Positions 45,932-56,585 of a DNA stretch of 64,000 bases are shown here, in pieces; position 1 is the stretch's first letter; each line of letters opens with the position of its first letter. Below the pieces are notes generated by a model, which was not told the origin of the DNA, did not search any database, and saw nothing but the letters and a program-made list of their open reading frames with translations. The position numbers and the translations under genes are program-made. The stretch comes from an uncultured bacterium (lineage in GTDB: Bacteria; Fidelibacterota; UBA2242): assembly GCA_964605705.1 (NCBI GenBank), contig CAZSDW010000002.1, forward strand, positions 64,145 to 128,144, written 5' to 3'.

Positions 45932-47237
45932 ACCAGTTGTGGCAATTATTGGACGTCCGAATGTCGGAAAATCGACACTGTTCAACAGGATTGCCCAAAA
46001 GCGAAAATCGATCATTCATCCTCAGGCAGGAATAACCCGTGACCGGGTTTATGAGACTGTTAACTGGAGCGGGAGACAATTCCGGTTAATTGATACGGGT
46101 GGATATATTCCGGAAAGTCTGGATACCATCGAAAGTGCCATTCGTACACAAGTCGAACTGGCAATTGAAGAGGCGGACCTGATCCTTTTTATTGTTGATG
46201 CGAATGACCAGTTGATGCCAATGGATAAGCAGATTGCCGAGTTGTTAAGGACAATCGATAAACCAATCATTGTAATTGCGAATAAATGTGACAATCTGCT
46301 TCGCGAACATAATCGGTATGAATTTTTTCAGCTGGGATATGGTGAGGTTGTTCCAATCTCAGCCCTGAATGGCAGACGCATTGGTGACTTGCTTGATTTG
46401 ATTTATGAAAAATTACCAGGGGAGGCGCCTGAAGAGCAGGAGGCATCCGATCATTTACGTCTGGCAATCGTTGGAATGCCCAATGCCGGTAAATCCTCCA
46501 TTGTCAATGCAATATTGGGGGTGGATAAACTGATTGTCACAGACATTCCTGGCACGACACGCGATTCAATTGATTCCGAGCTTAAATATTATGGTCAGCC
46601 GGTCACTCTGATAGATACCGCCGGACTTCGTAAAAAGAAAAACGTCAAGGACAGCATCGAATTTTACAGTAACGTGCGGACGAATCGGGCTATCGATCGC
46701 TGCAATGTTGTGATTCTGGTAGTTGATGCTCAAAAGGAATTCAACCGCCAGGATGCGAATATTGTTCGGGCAATTATTGACCGCAAACGGGGACTTGTGA
46801 TAGCCATTAACAAGTGGGATCTTGTTCAAAAAAGTGCTAATACAATGAAATTGTATAAAGAAGAAATCATCTACCGATTTCCAGAATTAAGTCATTACCC
46901 GATTATTTTCATCTCAGCGTTGACCAGGCAGCGTATCGGTCAGGTTTTAGATACTGCAAAAGAGGTCTTTGAATCCAGCAAAAAGCGGATCACGACAAAC
47001 CAGTTAAATAAATATTTTCAGACAGTGATTGACCGAACACCTCCACCGGCGGTTATGGGAAAGCATATTCAGATAAAATATGTCACACAGGTCAAAATCG
47101 ATCCACCGGTTTTCATCTTTTTCTGTAATGATCCTAAAAATGTCAAGGAAGAATATCGACGTTTCCTGGAGAATAAACTCCGTCAGGAATTCGGTTTTTC
47201 CGGGATTCCGATTACCCTGTTATTTCGCCAAAAATAG
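45921..47237 (+). CDS. der: Ribosome-biogenesis GTPase Der (EngA), tandem GTPase domains plus KH-like domain (GTG start)
   Basis: Two G-domains (GRPNVGKST, GMPNAGKSS). Confidence 0.92.
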   Translation: MKSEPVVAIIGRPNVGKSTLFNRIAQKRKSIIHPQAGITRDRVYETVNWSGRQFRLIDTGGYIPESLDTIESAIRTQVELAIEEADLILFIVDANDQLMPMDKQIAELLRTIDKPIIVIANKCDNLLREHNRYEFFQLGYGEVVPISALNGRRIGDLLDLIYEKLPGEAPEEQEASDHLRLAIVGMPNAGKSSIVNAILGVDKLIVTDIPGTTRDSIDSELKYYGQPVTLIDTAGLRKKKNVKDSIEFYSNVRTNRAIDRCNVVILVVDAQKEFNRQDANIVRAIIDRKRGLVIAINKWDLVQKSANTMKLYKEEIIYRFPELSHYPIIFISALTRQRIGQVLDTAKEVFESSKKRITTNQLNKYFQTVIDRTPPPAVMGKHIQIKYVTQVKIDPPVFIFFCNDPKNVKEEYRRFLENKLRQEFGFSGIPITLLFRQK

Positions 47238-47240
47238 TGT

Positions 47241-48926
47241 ATGAAAATCCTAAGTCCAATGTTCGTCAGTTTATGCCTGTTTTTAATTCCATTAAAAGCA
47301 GAAGATTCATACAGCGCCGTAATGAATTATCTGCAATCTCAAAAATCCCGGAAAACGACGTTGAACAGTACCCAATCGTCAGATATCAAAACAGTCAAAT
47401 CCCTGCTGATCCACCCGGCTGAGCGTGAGCGGATTTTAGGGAAAGCAATTTATTCTCGCCCTGTCCTGTCTAATAGCTATATCAGTGAGAACAACCATTT
47501 CAATATTCACTATGACACCACTGGCAGTAACGCTGTTGATAATAGTTCGACTCTGGAACCCGGAGTACCGGACTATGTGGTGGAAGTCGCCAGAACGGCG
47601 GAATATTCCTGGCGGATTCTCATGGACACTCTTGGATTTGATCCTCCCCCCATTGATAACGCATTGAGTCCGCAAACGGATATATATGTTACTAATTTAA
47701 GTGGTTTGGCATATGCTTATACTTATCCCGAGAATTCGGTCAGCTCGACTCCTGATCAACCCAAAGACTATACGGCTTATACCACTATAGACAACGATTA
47801 TAAAGAGTCGGGCTATTTGACTAGTGGGCTGGATGGGATGCGGGTTACCGTTGCCCACGAGTTTTTTCATGTAGTTCAATTGGGATATAATTGGTGGGAT
47901 TCGAATGGATTGCCCGGAAGTAGTGGTGGGGACCAGTATTTTCTGGAATGGTCATCGACCTGGTTTGAAGAGCGGGCATACCCGGAGGTTGATGATTACA
48001 TTCAGTACCTGGATGCGTTCTTCTATCGTCCCAACAAATCAATCTGGGATTTTGATGATTATGCTTATGCTCTCGGTCCGTTTATCAGATACCTGACCGA
48101 TGTTTATAATGACGAAAGCTTTATCCGGAAGGTTTGGGAAAAGATCAAACACGAGTATGCCCTGCAGGCGTTGATGGAAACCATCGAATCGTATGATGGG
48201 GACCTGGTATTGCGCTATAATAATTATGTCACGGCGTGTTATTTTACCGGTTCACGCTATGATGCCCGATACGCTGTTACTCCGGACGCCGTCGATTTTC
48301 CATTGTTGTCGATTTCCGATGAAAATTTTGTGAATAACACTCTGATTAAAAACAGTATCAATCCACTGGCGACGCAATGTGTCGCCATCGTTTTTTCCGA
48401 TGATCAATTTCTGGACATGACAATTATTTCCGTTGACGATGAAGATTTTAAAACCAGTTACGTTATTGATAAATTTACTACTCCGGATTTTCAGCGCCAT
48501 AGCGGCAGTGATACCGAGGTGTTTATAGGAGAAACCCGACAGGATGATCGTCTGCTGGTATTTATTACGAACAGTTCAATAGAATCTAAAATTTATCCCG
48601 ATTTAATCCTCACCGAAACGGAGGTGTTTCCATCAAAGATTTTGGCAATCTATGCAAATCCGTATTCAAGGATGGATCCAAATCCACTCCATATCCGACT
48701 GCAATTGGGAAAGTTCATCAACAGCATAAGTTACGATATTTACAATATACGGGGACAGCAAGTCTATCGCCTGATAACCGATGCCAAGGACCTGAATCCG
48801 GGGATAATTGATCTGGAAATTCCCGCCGATGTCTTCCGAACCAGAAACCTCAGCTCCGGTGTTTATATCCTTCAATTGGGTATCGATAAAAACCGTACAA
48901 GCTATAAGTTTACAATAATCAACTGA
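47241..48926 (+). CDS. Secreted HExxH zinc-metallopeptidase-like protein with T9SS C-terminal sorting domain
   Basis: Signal peptide; VAHEFFHVVQL motif; C-terminal IYANPYS...YDIYNIRGQQV...SGVYILQL sorting-domain pattern. Confidence 0.55.
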   Translation: MKILSPMFVSLCLFLIPLKAEDSYSAVMNYLQSQKSRKTTLNSTQSSDIKTVKSLLIHPAERERILGKAIYSRPVLSNSYISENNHFNIHYDTTGSNAVDNSSTLEPGVPDYVVEVARTAEYSWRILMDTLGFDPPPIDNALSPQTDIYVTNLSGLAYAYTYPENSVSSTPDQPKDYTAYTTIDNDYKESGYLTSGLDGMRVTVAHEFFHVVQLGYNWWDSNGLPGSSGGDQYFLEWSSTWFEERAYPEVDDYIQYLDAFFYRPNKSIWDFDDYAYALGPFIRYLTDVYNDESFIRKVWEKIKHEYALQALMETIESYDGDLVLRYNNYVTACYFTGSRYDARYAVTPDAVDFPLLSISDENFVNNTLIKNSINPLATQCVAIVFSDDQFLDMTIISVDDEDFKTSYVIDKFTTPDFQRHSGSDTEVFIGETRQDDRLLVFITNSSIESKIYPDLILTETEVFPSKILAIYANPYSRMDPNPLHIRLQLGKFINSISYDIYNIRGQQVYRLITDAKDLNPGIIDLEIPADVFRTRNLSSGVYILQLGIDKNRTSYKFTIIN

Positions 48927-48930
48927 AATT

Positions 48931-49527
48931 TTGTTGAATTACCAGATTAAACAAGCTGCGGAAGTCACCCGAAAAATTAAAGGCTCCAAATTTATTGCCC
49001 GGGTATATTCGGTAGATACCCGCGAAGCCGCCCTATTGATTATTAAAAATAACGAACAGGAACATCACAAAGCCTCCCATGTTTGCTGGGCTTTTCGCCT
49101 ATCTCAAAGTCCAGATGTGCCTGGATATTGTTCAGATGCCGGCGAACCACACGGATCTGCCGGATCACCGATTTTAGCCAGTCTTGAAGGTCGCCGACTT
49201 GTCAACACTTTGTGTGTCGTCGTCCGTTATTTCGGAGGGACAAAGCTGGGGATTGGTGGCTTGATTCGTGCATATGGTGGTGTGGCTGCCGAAGCGCTTG
49301 ATCAGGCAGAGAAGAAGCCATTTCAGGAAATGGTAAATCTGAAGATTCGGGTTGAGCAGTCTCAGTATTCTGAACTAATGCGGGTATTCAGGAAATACCG
49401 TCTGTCGGTAAAACCGAGATTTGAAGTGGAATCAGTGCTGGTTTTTTTGGTATTAACACCCAGAAAATTCGAAAGTTTATCAGCAGCTATTCAGCAAATA
49501 TCCTCGGCAGAAATTATCATTGATTAA
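48931..49527 (+). CDS. YigZ/IMPACT family protein
   Basis: GSKFIA...SHVCWAFRL N-terminal IMPACT motifs. Confidence 0.7.
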   Translation: MLNYQIKQAAEVTRKIKGSKFIARVYSVDTREAALLIIKNNEQEHHKASHVCWAFRLSQSPDVPGYCSDAGEPHGSAGSPILASLEGRRLVNTLCVVVRYFGGTKLGIGGLIRAYGGVAAEALDQAEKKPFQEMVNLKIRVEQSQYSELMRVFRKYRLSVKPRFEVESVLVFLVLTPRKFESLSAAIQQISSAEIIID

Positions 49528-49546
49528 GATTAGGCGAATATAATTA

Positions 49547-49708
49547 ATCCTGCAATGGCAGTACGTTCTTAGAACCGTGTTTCGCACGGTGGGCACCTCT
49601 CGAACGATTCAAGTTTCCCCGACTAGGAGGCATGCTTTCCACGCCCGAAGTCCAGCTCCCATATTTACAGTGTTGGTTCTAAAAATATAGGATATGCCAT
49701 TGCAGGAT
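49547..49708. ncRNA. Structured ncRNA candidate with 6S-RNA-like architecture (strand undetermined). The alternative reading is a MITE-like element with 14-bp terminal inverted repeats.
   Basis: Termini ATCCTGCAATGGCA/TGCCATTGCAGGAT pair perfectly; a second stem pairs TTAGAACC with GGTTCTAA; internal local hairpins; lies in the gap between convergent yigZ and mazG. Confidence 0.35.
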
Positions 49709-49802
49709 AAATTTCAAAAACCTTACAATTCAATATAAACCTTAGGATACTATTGTTCAAGGCTTATTTTAAAAGTGTGATTTGGATTAAGTATCAGTGA
49801 TA

Positions 49803-50597
49803 CTATTTTGGGGTGCTATCTGCTGAGCGAATTTCGTCCCAGAGTTGATCCATCTCCTCAAGTGTGGCATCTTTGAGTCTTTTATTTTTAGCCGATAATT
49901 TTTTCTCAATATATCGAAAGCGATCAACGAACTTTTTTGATGTCAGTGAGAGTGCTTCTTCCGGATTAATTTTCAGAAAGCGGGAGAGATTGACCAGCGA
50001 AAAAAGCAAGTCGCCGAATTCCAGTGAAATTGATTTTTTGTCAGAAAATTTTAAAGCACTCTTAAGCTCTTCTAATTCCTCATGAACCTTGTCCCAGACA
50101 GCATCAATCTTATCCCAGTCAAAACCAACCTGTGCCGCCCGTTCCTGAATCCTGCGAGCCAACAGGAGCGCCGGAAGTGTTTTGGGCAGTCCTTCCATCA
50201 GGGATTTGCGCCCCTCCTTGAGTTTGATCTCTTCCCAGTTTTGACCGATTTCCCGGATGTCTTTGACGCTCACATTGCCGAACACATGCGGGTGGCGCCG
50301 TTCCAGTTTATCATTAATATTTTTCAGCGAATCCGTTAAGGTAAAAGTACCATTGTCAGCAGCGATGTCTGCCTGAAAGACAATATGCAGCAGGAGATCG
50401 CCCAGTTCTTCCTTGAGTTTTTTTTCATCTCCCTCGTGTATCGCTTCGATAGTTTCATAAGCCTCTTCCATAAAGTAGGGGGTCAGGGAATTTGAGGTCT
50501 GCGCGCGATCCCACTCGCAGCCTGACGGACCGCGCAGCGTTTTCACAATTTTCAGTAACCTTTCGAATTCCCCGATGAGTGCTGATTTTTCCGCCAT
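49803..50597 (-). CDS. mazG: Nucleoside triphosphate pyrophosphohydrolase MazG
   Basis: Tandem MazG domains (EEAYE...E..GDLL motifs). Confidence 0.88.
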   Translation of the reverse strand: MAEKSALIGEFERLLKIVKTLRGPSGCEWDRAQTSNSLTPYFMEEAYETIEAIHEGDEKKLKEELGDLLLHIVFQADIAADNGTFTLTDSLKNINDKLERRHPHVFGNVSVKDIREIGQNWEEIKLKEGRKSLMEGLPKTLPALLLARRIQERAAQVGFDWDKIDAVWDKVHEELEELKSALKFSDKKSISLEFGDLLFSLVNLSRFLKINPEEALSLTSKKFVDRFRYIEKKLSAKNKRLKDATLEEMDQLWDEIRSADSTPK

Positions 50598-50603
50598 ATA
50601 CTG

Positions 50604-51056
50604 TCACTTATTTTCTATTGTTTGGAAGAGTTGCACTATTTTCAACTGCCTGATATATGCCTGTTCCAGCCGGTTCATTTCCTCTTTTTCCTCAATGGTC
50701 TGATCATCATATCCAACCAGATGAAGAAAACTATGGAGCAGTACCAGGATCAATTCCTGTTCGAAGCTGGTTTTAAAATTCCGGGCATTATCCCGGATAC
50801 GGTCGATACTGATGTAAATTTCGCCTTCGATCGGCTGTTCGCTGTCATTCAGATTAAAACTGATCGTATCGGTGAGCACATCTTCATCGAAGAATTGCTT
50901 TTTTAATCGATTGACGGCGTCGTCATCTGTGACGATCAGCCGGACGTCTTCAAAAACAACCTTTTCTCCGGTGGCAACTATCTCGAGAACAGTCTCAGTT
51001 GCCGGAGTTAATAATTGAATATCGGGATGAAGGTTGAAGATAGTGAGCTTCGACAT
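50604..51056 (-). CDS. ybeY: Endoribonuclease YbeY (rRNA maturation)
   Basis: HSFLHLVGYDD zinc-binding motif. Confidence 0.9.
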   Translation of the reverse strand: MSKLTIFNLHPDIQLLTPATETVLEIVATGEKVVFEDVRLIVTDDDAVNRLKKQFFDEDVLTDTISFNLNDSEQPIEGEIYISIDRIRDNARNFKTSFEQELILVLLHSFLHLVGYDDQTIEEKEEMNRLEQAYIRQLKIVQLFQTIENK

Positions 51057-53446
51057 CAGGAATTGGTTTTGACAGGCTTTGCTTTCACTGATTTTGTCGG
51101 AATCTCTTTATCCTGCCCGGGATATTCCACCCGTAAATGATGAATACTTTTCAGAATGGGTAAAATTCCGGTATTTGTCTTAATGTCACCTTTGATTCTA
51201 TTCAAATCAGCAAAGGTCAGCGGGCATTCATCCAGCTGTCCTTCCTGGAGCCGTTTGTCAATAATGGAATCAAGAATTTTTTCGATATTACCGAGTGTCG
51301 GTTTATCCAGCGATCGGACCGCGGCTTCAATCGTTTCACAGATCATCAGAATGGCGGTTTCCTTTGTCTGCGGTTTAGGTCCGGGGTAGCGGAAATCATT
51401 ATCATTGATCATCGTCGAATCGCCTGCCTGTTCCTTGGCTTTCGAATAAAAATATTCGACACGGGTGGTGCCGTGATGGGTTGGAATAAAGTCGATAATT
51501 GCCTTAGGGAGTTTATATTCCTTAGCGAGCCGTAATCCCTCTTTGATATGATTAATGATGATAATTGCACTGAGATTTGGTGTCAGATTATCATGTTTAT
51601 TACTGTTAAATGCCTGATTCTCAATGAAATATTCGGGTTTTGTTATTTTTCCGATATCATGATAATAGGCACCAACCCGAACCAGTAGCGCATTGGCACC
51701 GACTGCATCTGCGGCAGCCTCTGCCAAATTTCCCACGGTGACACAATGAGTGAAGGTTCCGGTCGCCTCTTTGGAGAGTGCCTTTAATAACGGATGATTG
51801 AAATCTGCCAGTTCCAGAAGGGTCAAATCGGTAGTAATGCCGAATAGCAGTTCCAGCAGGCTGACGATACCGTAAGCGAGAATGGGTGATAATATTGCAT
51901 TTAGACCGGCATAAATCAGATTATCCGTCATTTCGGAAACCGTCGAGTATTTTAATAACTCAGTTACGCCAATGCCGATCAGATATCCCAGTAGAATATA
52001 AATAATAGCCTGGAAAACCTGGCTGCGTTTGCGGAGTTTTCGCACCGAATAAATTGCAAATGAATTCACGAAAACAGACGTGATGATAAAATCCAGATTT
52101 CCCCGTAGTTGGGCACCGACCATTAGTGTTATTGTTGCGGCGCCGACAAATGCGATTTTGCTGTCGAATAAAATCGTAAGAGTCATTGCAGCGATGGTAA
52201 TCGGGATGGCAAATTCTGAAATATTAAGTTTATCCACAAAAACAGCAGTAAAAATAGACTGAATGATAATAATAATTCCAAGGAGGAGCACCATCTTCGG
52301 GTCCTGGAGAATCGACGGGCGGTAAGTCATAAGATAAGTGACAAAAAATGACAAAATGATGACGATCAGAAGAATCTGTCCCCCGAATATTATCGGATCG
52401 CCTATGAGTGGTAAACTTGTTCGGATACCTCCGCGGATGTTTGCGCGACGGGCTCGTTCCTTAGACATGGAATCCAGTTTACGGAAAATCTCAGGAGTGA
52501 TTTTGGTATTGGCATCGACAATCTTTTCGTTTTCGAGGACGATACCTTTACTGATCGGAACTTTGTTGATCGCATCGCGCTGGCGGGATTCAGTAATTTC
52601 TTTTTGATAAACCAAATTCGGTTTCAGAAACTGGATGATAATTTCGTAGCCTGTATTGATAACTTTAGTATCCTGCTCCGGAAATTTCGCCTGCAGATTA
52701 AGTTTGGCATTTGTCCAGGCTTCTTCCAAGGTGAGCAACTGATCGAGGTTTTCGGTGAGTTCGTCGGATTCTTCCCTGATAATGATATTGTCACTGATAA
52801 TATTACTCTTTGGAATATCCATGATCAGATGGGCATATAAATCACTCAGTAATTGTTTAAGGGGCGGGAAGAAGTTAACCGGTGAGGTTATATTTCCGTT
52901 GTTGCCGGTATTTAAAAGTAACTCATTATAGACAATTGAGTTTTTTTCAAATTTATAGTGTTCCTGAATTTGAGAGAGAAGATTTTTATAGGAAATTGAA
53001 TCCATCTGGGTCATTGATAAAATTTCGTCGTAGCGCTTGGAATACTTATAACGATCCAGCAGTCTCATGGAATCTTCAAATTTGGTCTTGGCGGTTCTGA
53101 CTTTATCGATATCTTTAAAAAACGCTTCGAGATTGGCAAGTTCGGTGGACGGGATATCATTATTCTGACGGAATACAAAGGGGATCTGTTTGAGCACTTC
53201 GTTTCGATCCTTGGTCAATTCCTGGACGGATTTAAGAATCGGAAAATCGAATGGCGCGATAATCGTTGAGCGGGTTATATCGTTGATTTTGTAATTATAG
53301 ACGCTGTAGCGGTTTTTTGGGAAAAGCAGTGCGATTATCAGGATAATCAACGTTGTCCAGATAATCGTCCAGGTTTTGCGTCGCTTTGCTAATTGCGGAT
53401 CAATTCGGTCGGGATCTTTTGTCGTCAGAAAACTTAAGTTGGTCAA
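51056..53446 (-). CDS. 7TM receptor with intracellular HD hydrolase (PgpH-family cyclic-di-AMP phosphodiesterase-like)
   Basis: Large extracytoplasmic N-terminal domain, 7 TM helices, C-terminal HD domain; position upstream of ybeY. Confidence 0.75.
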   Translation of the reverse strand: MTNLSFLTTKDPDRIDPQLAKRRKTWTIIWTTLIILIIALLFPKNRYSVYNYKINDITRSTIIAPFDFPILKSVQELTKDRNEVLKQIPFVFRQNNDIPSTELANLEAFFKDIDKVRTAKTKFEDSMRLLDRYKYSKRYDEILSMTQMDSISYKNLLSQIQEHYKFEKNSIVYNELLLNTGNNGNITSPVNFFPPLKQLLSDLYAHLIMDIPKSNIISDNIIIREESDELTENLDQLLTLEEAWTNAKLNLQAKFPEQDTKVINTGYEIIIQFLKPNLVYQKEITESRQRDAINKVPISKGIVLENEKIVDANTKITPEIFRKLDSMSKERARRANIRGGIRTSLPLIGDPIIFGGQILLIVIILSFFVTYLMTYRPSILQDPKMVLLLGIIIIIQSIFTAVFVDKLNISEFAIPITIAAMTLTILFDSKIAFVGAATITLMVGAQLRGNLDFIITSVFVNSFAIYSVRKLRKRSQVFQAIIYILLGYLIGIGVTELLKYSTVSEMTDNLIYAGLNAILSPILAYGIVSLLELLFGITTDLTLLELADFNHPLLKALSKEATGTFTHCVTVGNLAEAAADAVGANALLVRVGAYYHDIGKITKPEYFIENQAFNSNKHDNLTPNLSAIIIINHIKEGLRLAKEYKLPKAIIDFIPTHHGTTRVEYFYSKAKEQAGDSTMINDNDFRYPGPKPQTKETAILMICETIEAAVRSLDKPTLGNIEKILDSIIDKRLQEGQLDECPLTFADLNRIKGDIKTNTGILPILKSIHHLRVEYPGQDKEIPTKSVKAKPVKTNS

Positions 53447-53465
53447 GGATTCTCACTCCATTTTT

Positions 53466-54458
53466 TTACCAGATGATGGCTGCCGATGCCCAGGTAAATC
53501 CGGATCCAAATGCTGCGAGGATCAGTTTATCTCCTCTTTTAAATCTACCTTCGGCTCGAGCGTCAGCCATTGCCAGGGGAATCGATGCAGCAGTCGTATT
53601 CCCGTATCGATGTATATTACTATAAACTTTTTCAGAAGGCAACTCAAGTCTTTTCGTAATTGCCTCGGTGATTCTCATATTTGCCTGATGGGGGATAACT
53701 AGAGTGATATCTTCCTTCGTCCAATTGTTCGCCGCTAGAGCGACTTTAACAACTTCCGGAAAGCGGGTAATCGCATGTTTGAATACCTGTCTGCCATTCA
53801 TTTTAGGATATTGGCGATTTTCATCGAGCATCTCTTTTGAAATTCGCGGTGATGCGTAACCAACCGGTGCTTCCACCCATAAATCATCGGCATGGATACC
53901 GTCGGCAAATAGATGTGTGGATACTATTTCGCTTTCATCGTCGGATCGACTGATAATTGCAGCACCGGCACCATCGCCAAACAGAACCGCTACATCCCGT
54001 CCTTCGGTGGACAGGTTGAGTCCTACGGATTGAACTTCAACTCCGACGAGTAAAATATTCTGATACTGTCCGGTTTTAATAAATTGGTCTGCGATTGACA
54101 AGCCATATACAAACCCCGAGCATTGTACACGAATGTCTAGGGTCGGAACAGGAGTCAGTTCTAACAGTGCCTGTAAATAACTGCTGCTACCCGGAGCTTG
54201 GTGTTCAGGTGTTGTTGTAGCGACAATGATAAAGTCGATATCTTCTTTTTGAATACCAGCATCCTGAATAGCATCCAGGCAGGCTGGCAGGGCTAATTCA
54301 GCAGATCCACAGGGCTGAGTTACGAAACGTCGTTCTTGGATTCCGGTGCGCTCAAGAATCCACTCGTTGCTGGTATCCATCATTTTTTCGAGATCAAAAT
54401 TGCTGATGATGTTCTCGGGAACACTTTTACCCAATCCGGATATTTTTACTCGATACAT
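53466..54458 (-). CDS. fabH: 3-oxoacyl-ACP synthase III
   Basis: Cys-His-Asn thiolase-like residues (SGFVYGLS Cys region, HQAN, GNTTAASIP). Confidence 0.9.
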   Translation of the reverse strand: MYRVKISGLGKSVPENIISNFDLEKMMDTSNEWILERTGIQERRFVTQPCGSAELALPACLDAIQDAGIQKEDIDFIIVATTTPEHQAPGSSSYLQALLELTPVPTLDIRVQCSGFVYGLSIADQFIKTGQYQNILLVGVEVQSVGLNLSTEGRDVAVLFGDGAGAAIISRSDDESEIVSTHLFADGIHADDLWVEAPVGYASPRISKEMLDENRQYPKMNGRQVFKHAITRFPEVVKVALAANNWTKEDITLVIPHQANMRITEAITKRLELPSEKVYSNIHRYGNTTAASIPLAMADARAEGRFKRGDKLILAAFGSGFTWASAAIIW

Positions 54459-54479
54459 ATTTGCACCCCTCCAATTAAG

Positions 54480-56192
54480 CTAATATAAACCATTCGAATA
54501 ATGAATATCTTTAATATTTAATTGAATATCTTTAACACCGTTCCATTCATTTTCTTCAATGACAAATGCCAAATCCAGGGGACGATTACTGATCAGCATT
54601 TCGTACAATGTGCCCAGCTTCCAACCGATCGCACTGATGACTGTTTTGTCTTTACTGGCTTTGAATTTCAAATGGTTTTCGCCGACGATTCGGGGCATCC
54701 CCGTAATATTGATATGACGAGCAACAAAGACCGGGCGCATATTTCCCGGACCGAAGGGAGCCAGTTTTTTCAGATGGTTTATTAAATTCCGGGAAATTTC
54801 TGTGAATTCTATCTCACATTCGATGGACATTCTAGGCTGAAGCATCTCATCGGTAATCAGCTTTTCGGAGATTCTTTTGAGTTGCTGCTGAAATTTTGGC
54901 AGATTCTCTTTACTGATCGTAAGACCGGCAGCCATTTTATGCCCACCGAAATTATCCAGCAGATCGGCACATTCGGTAAATGCATTATAGAGATCAAAGT
55001 CGGGAATACTGCGGGCGGAGCCTTTGCCGATGTCGTTTTGAAAAGAGATCATGACAACGGGGCGGTTGTAAATTTCTTTTAATTTTGAAGCCACGATTCC
55101 AATGACGCCCTGATGCCAGTTTTCACCGGAAAGGATGAAAATTTTATCTTTATAAATGTCGTGTGTAGCGTTCAGCTGTAAAATTGCCTGATCAATGGTT
55201 TTCTTTTCGATATTCTGCCGGTCGCGGTTTTCACGTTCGAGTAGTGAAGCAAGTTCGCGGGCTTCGCGCTGATTGAAAGAACTCAGTAATTTTACCGCCC
55301 GGCTTGCCTGACCCAGACGACCGGCGGCATTTATTCGGGGTGCCAAACCAAATACAATATTAACAACATTCAGGACTTTACTGGTAAATCCCGCCACTTT
55401 GAGCAACGAATTAACGCCGATCTTATTGGTCCGATTCAGATACTCCAGTCCTTTAGATACCAGGATCCGATTTTCATCCAGAATCGGGACGATATCCGCG
55501 GCGGTTCCGATCGCTACAAGGTCGAGATGTTTGTACAATTTTTCGATAGGGATATTATTTTTCTGAGAAAAACCCTGCAACATTTTGAAAGCCACACCGA
55601 CACCACTCAGCTCCTTGAAGGGATAGCTGTCATCTTCACGCTTTGGATTTAAAATCGCAAGGGCTTTTGGCAGTGTTTCAGCCGGTTCATGGTGATCGGT
55701 CACAATCATATCGAGACCATTGGCATTCACATAATCAATTTCATCGATGGCGTTAATTCCGCAATCACAACTAATGATGAGGTTGGCACCATTTTCAATG
55801 GCGACATCAATTCCGTTCTTCGAAAGTCCGTAGCCATCTTTTTCACGATCAGGAATATAATAAAAAGTATTGAGTCCGATTTCATACAGAAACAGGTAGA
55901 GTAACGATGTGGCGGTTATTCCGTCAACGTCGTAATCGCCGTAGATCATGACTTTTTCTTTGTTCATCAGAGCCGTCTGGATTCGCTCGACCGCTTTATC
56001 CATATCCTTGAGTATAAATGGATCATATAAATCCTGGAGGGTAGGATTGAAAAACTGCTCGATCTGTTCCAGATTGGTAAATCCGCGATTGTATAAGACA
56101 GTGGCAATCGAGATTGGAAGCGCTTTTACCTTCGCGATCTCAGTCACTTTTGAGAGAGAATATTCTTTAAAAATCCATTCAAATTTCATCAT
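54480..56192 (-). CDS. recJ: Single-stranded-DNA-specific exonuclease RecJ
   Basis: DHH and DHHA1 motifs (YGDYDVDGITA, TDHH). Confidence 0.9.
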   Translation of the reverse strand: MMKFEWIFKEYSLSKVTEIAKVKALPISIATVLYNRGFTNLEQIEQFFNPTLQDLYDPFILKDMDKAVERIQTALMNKEKVMIYGDYDVDGITATSLLYLFLYEIGLNTFYYIPDREKDGYGLSKNGIDVAIENGANLIISCDCGINAIDEIDYVNANGLDMIVTDHHEPAETLPKALAILNPKREDDSYPFKELSGVGVAFKMLQGFSQKNNIPIEKLYKHLDLVAIGTAADIVPILDENRILVSKGLEYLNRTNKIGVNSLLKVAGFTSKVLNVVNIVFGLAPRINAAGRLGQASRAVKLLSSFNQREARELASLLERENRDRQNIEKKTIDQAILQLNATHDIYKDKIFILSGENWHQGVIGIVASKLKEIYNRPVVMISFQNDIGKGSARSIPDFDLYNAFTECADLLDNFGGHKMAAGLTISKENLPKFQQQLKRISEKLITDEMLQPRMSIECEIEFTEISRNLINHLKKLAPFGPGNMRPVFVARHINITGMPRIVGENHLKFKASKDKTVISAIGWKLGTLYEMLISNRPLDLAFVIEENEWNGVKDIQLNIKDIHYSNGLY

Positions 56193-56247
56193 TAAAAAAA
56201 TAGCTGAAGTTGGTCGATAAGCCGAATTCTGTACCCCGCCGCAGCGG

Positions 56248-56582
56248 GATGGCAGTCATTTATCTATCCACGACTTTACAGCCGGGATTAAGCGATCTAC
56301 CCGAGAACTTAACGGAACGGGCGATTCCAATTCTCTGCTTGATCTTGCTCCAGGTGGGGTTTACCCGGCTCCCGGTCTCGCGACCCGGACGGTGCGCTCT
56401 TACTTTAATCCCGCTTAATTGCAGGACGCACCATTTCACCCTTGACCACCGAAGGTGGACGGTATCGTTTCTGTGGCACTTTCCTTCTTCCGAATAATCG
56501 GAAGACTCCGTGTTACGGAGCACCCTGCCCTGCGGAGTTCGGACTTTCCTCCCCGATAAGGATCGGGGCGACTGCCTGACCA
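56248..56582 (-). ncRNA. rnpB: RNase P RNA (bacterial type A)
   Basis: Reverse complement contains GGAGGAAAGTCCG-AACTCCGCAGGGCAGGGTGCTCC, CACAGAAA, AGGGTGAAATGGTG, GTAAGAGCGCACC and GGTAAACCCCACCTGGAGCAAG blocks; P1 pairs GGCAGTC with GACTGCC. Confidence 0.9.
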
Positions 56583-56585
56583 ACT

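Noticed and set aside
56210-56583. ORF-track ORFs 56210..56497 (+) and 56260..56583 (-)
   Set aside because: They lie inside the RNase P RNA gene. The conserved rnpB blocks explain the region, and the ORFs are Arg/Pro-rich artefacts of GC-rich RNA sequence.
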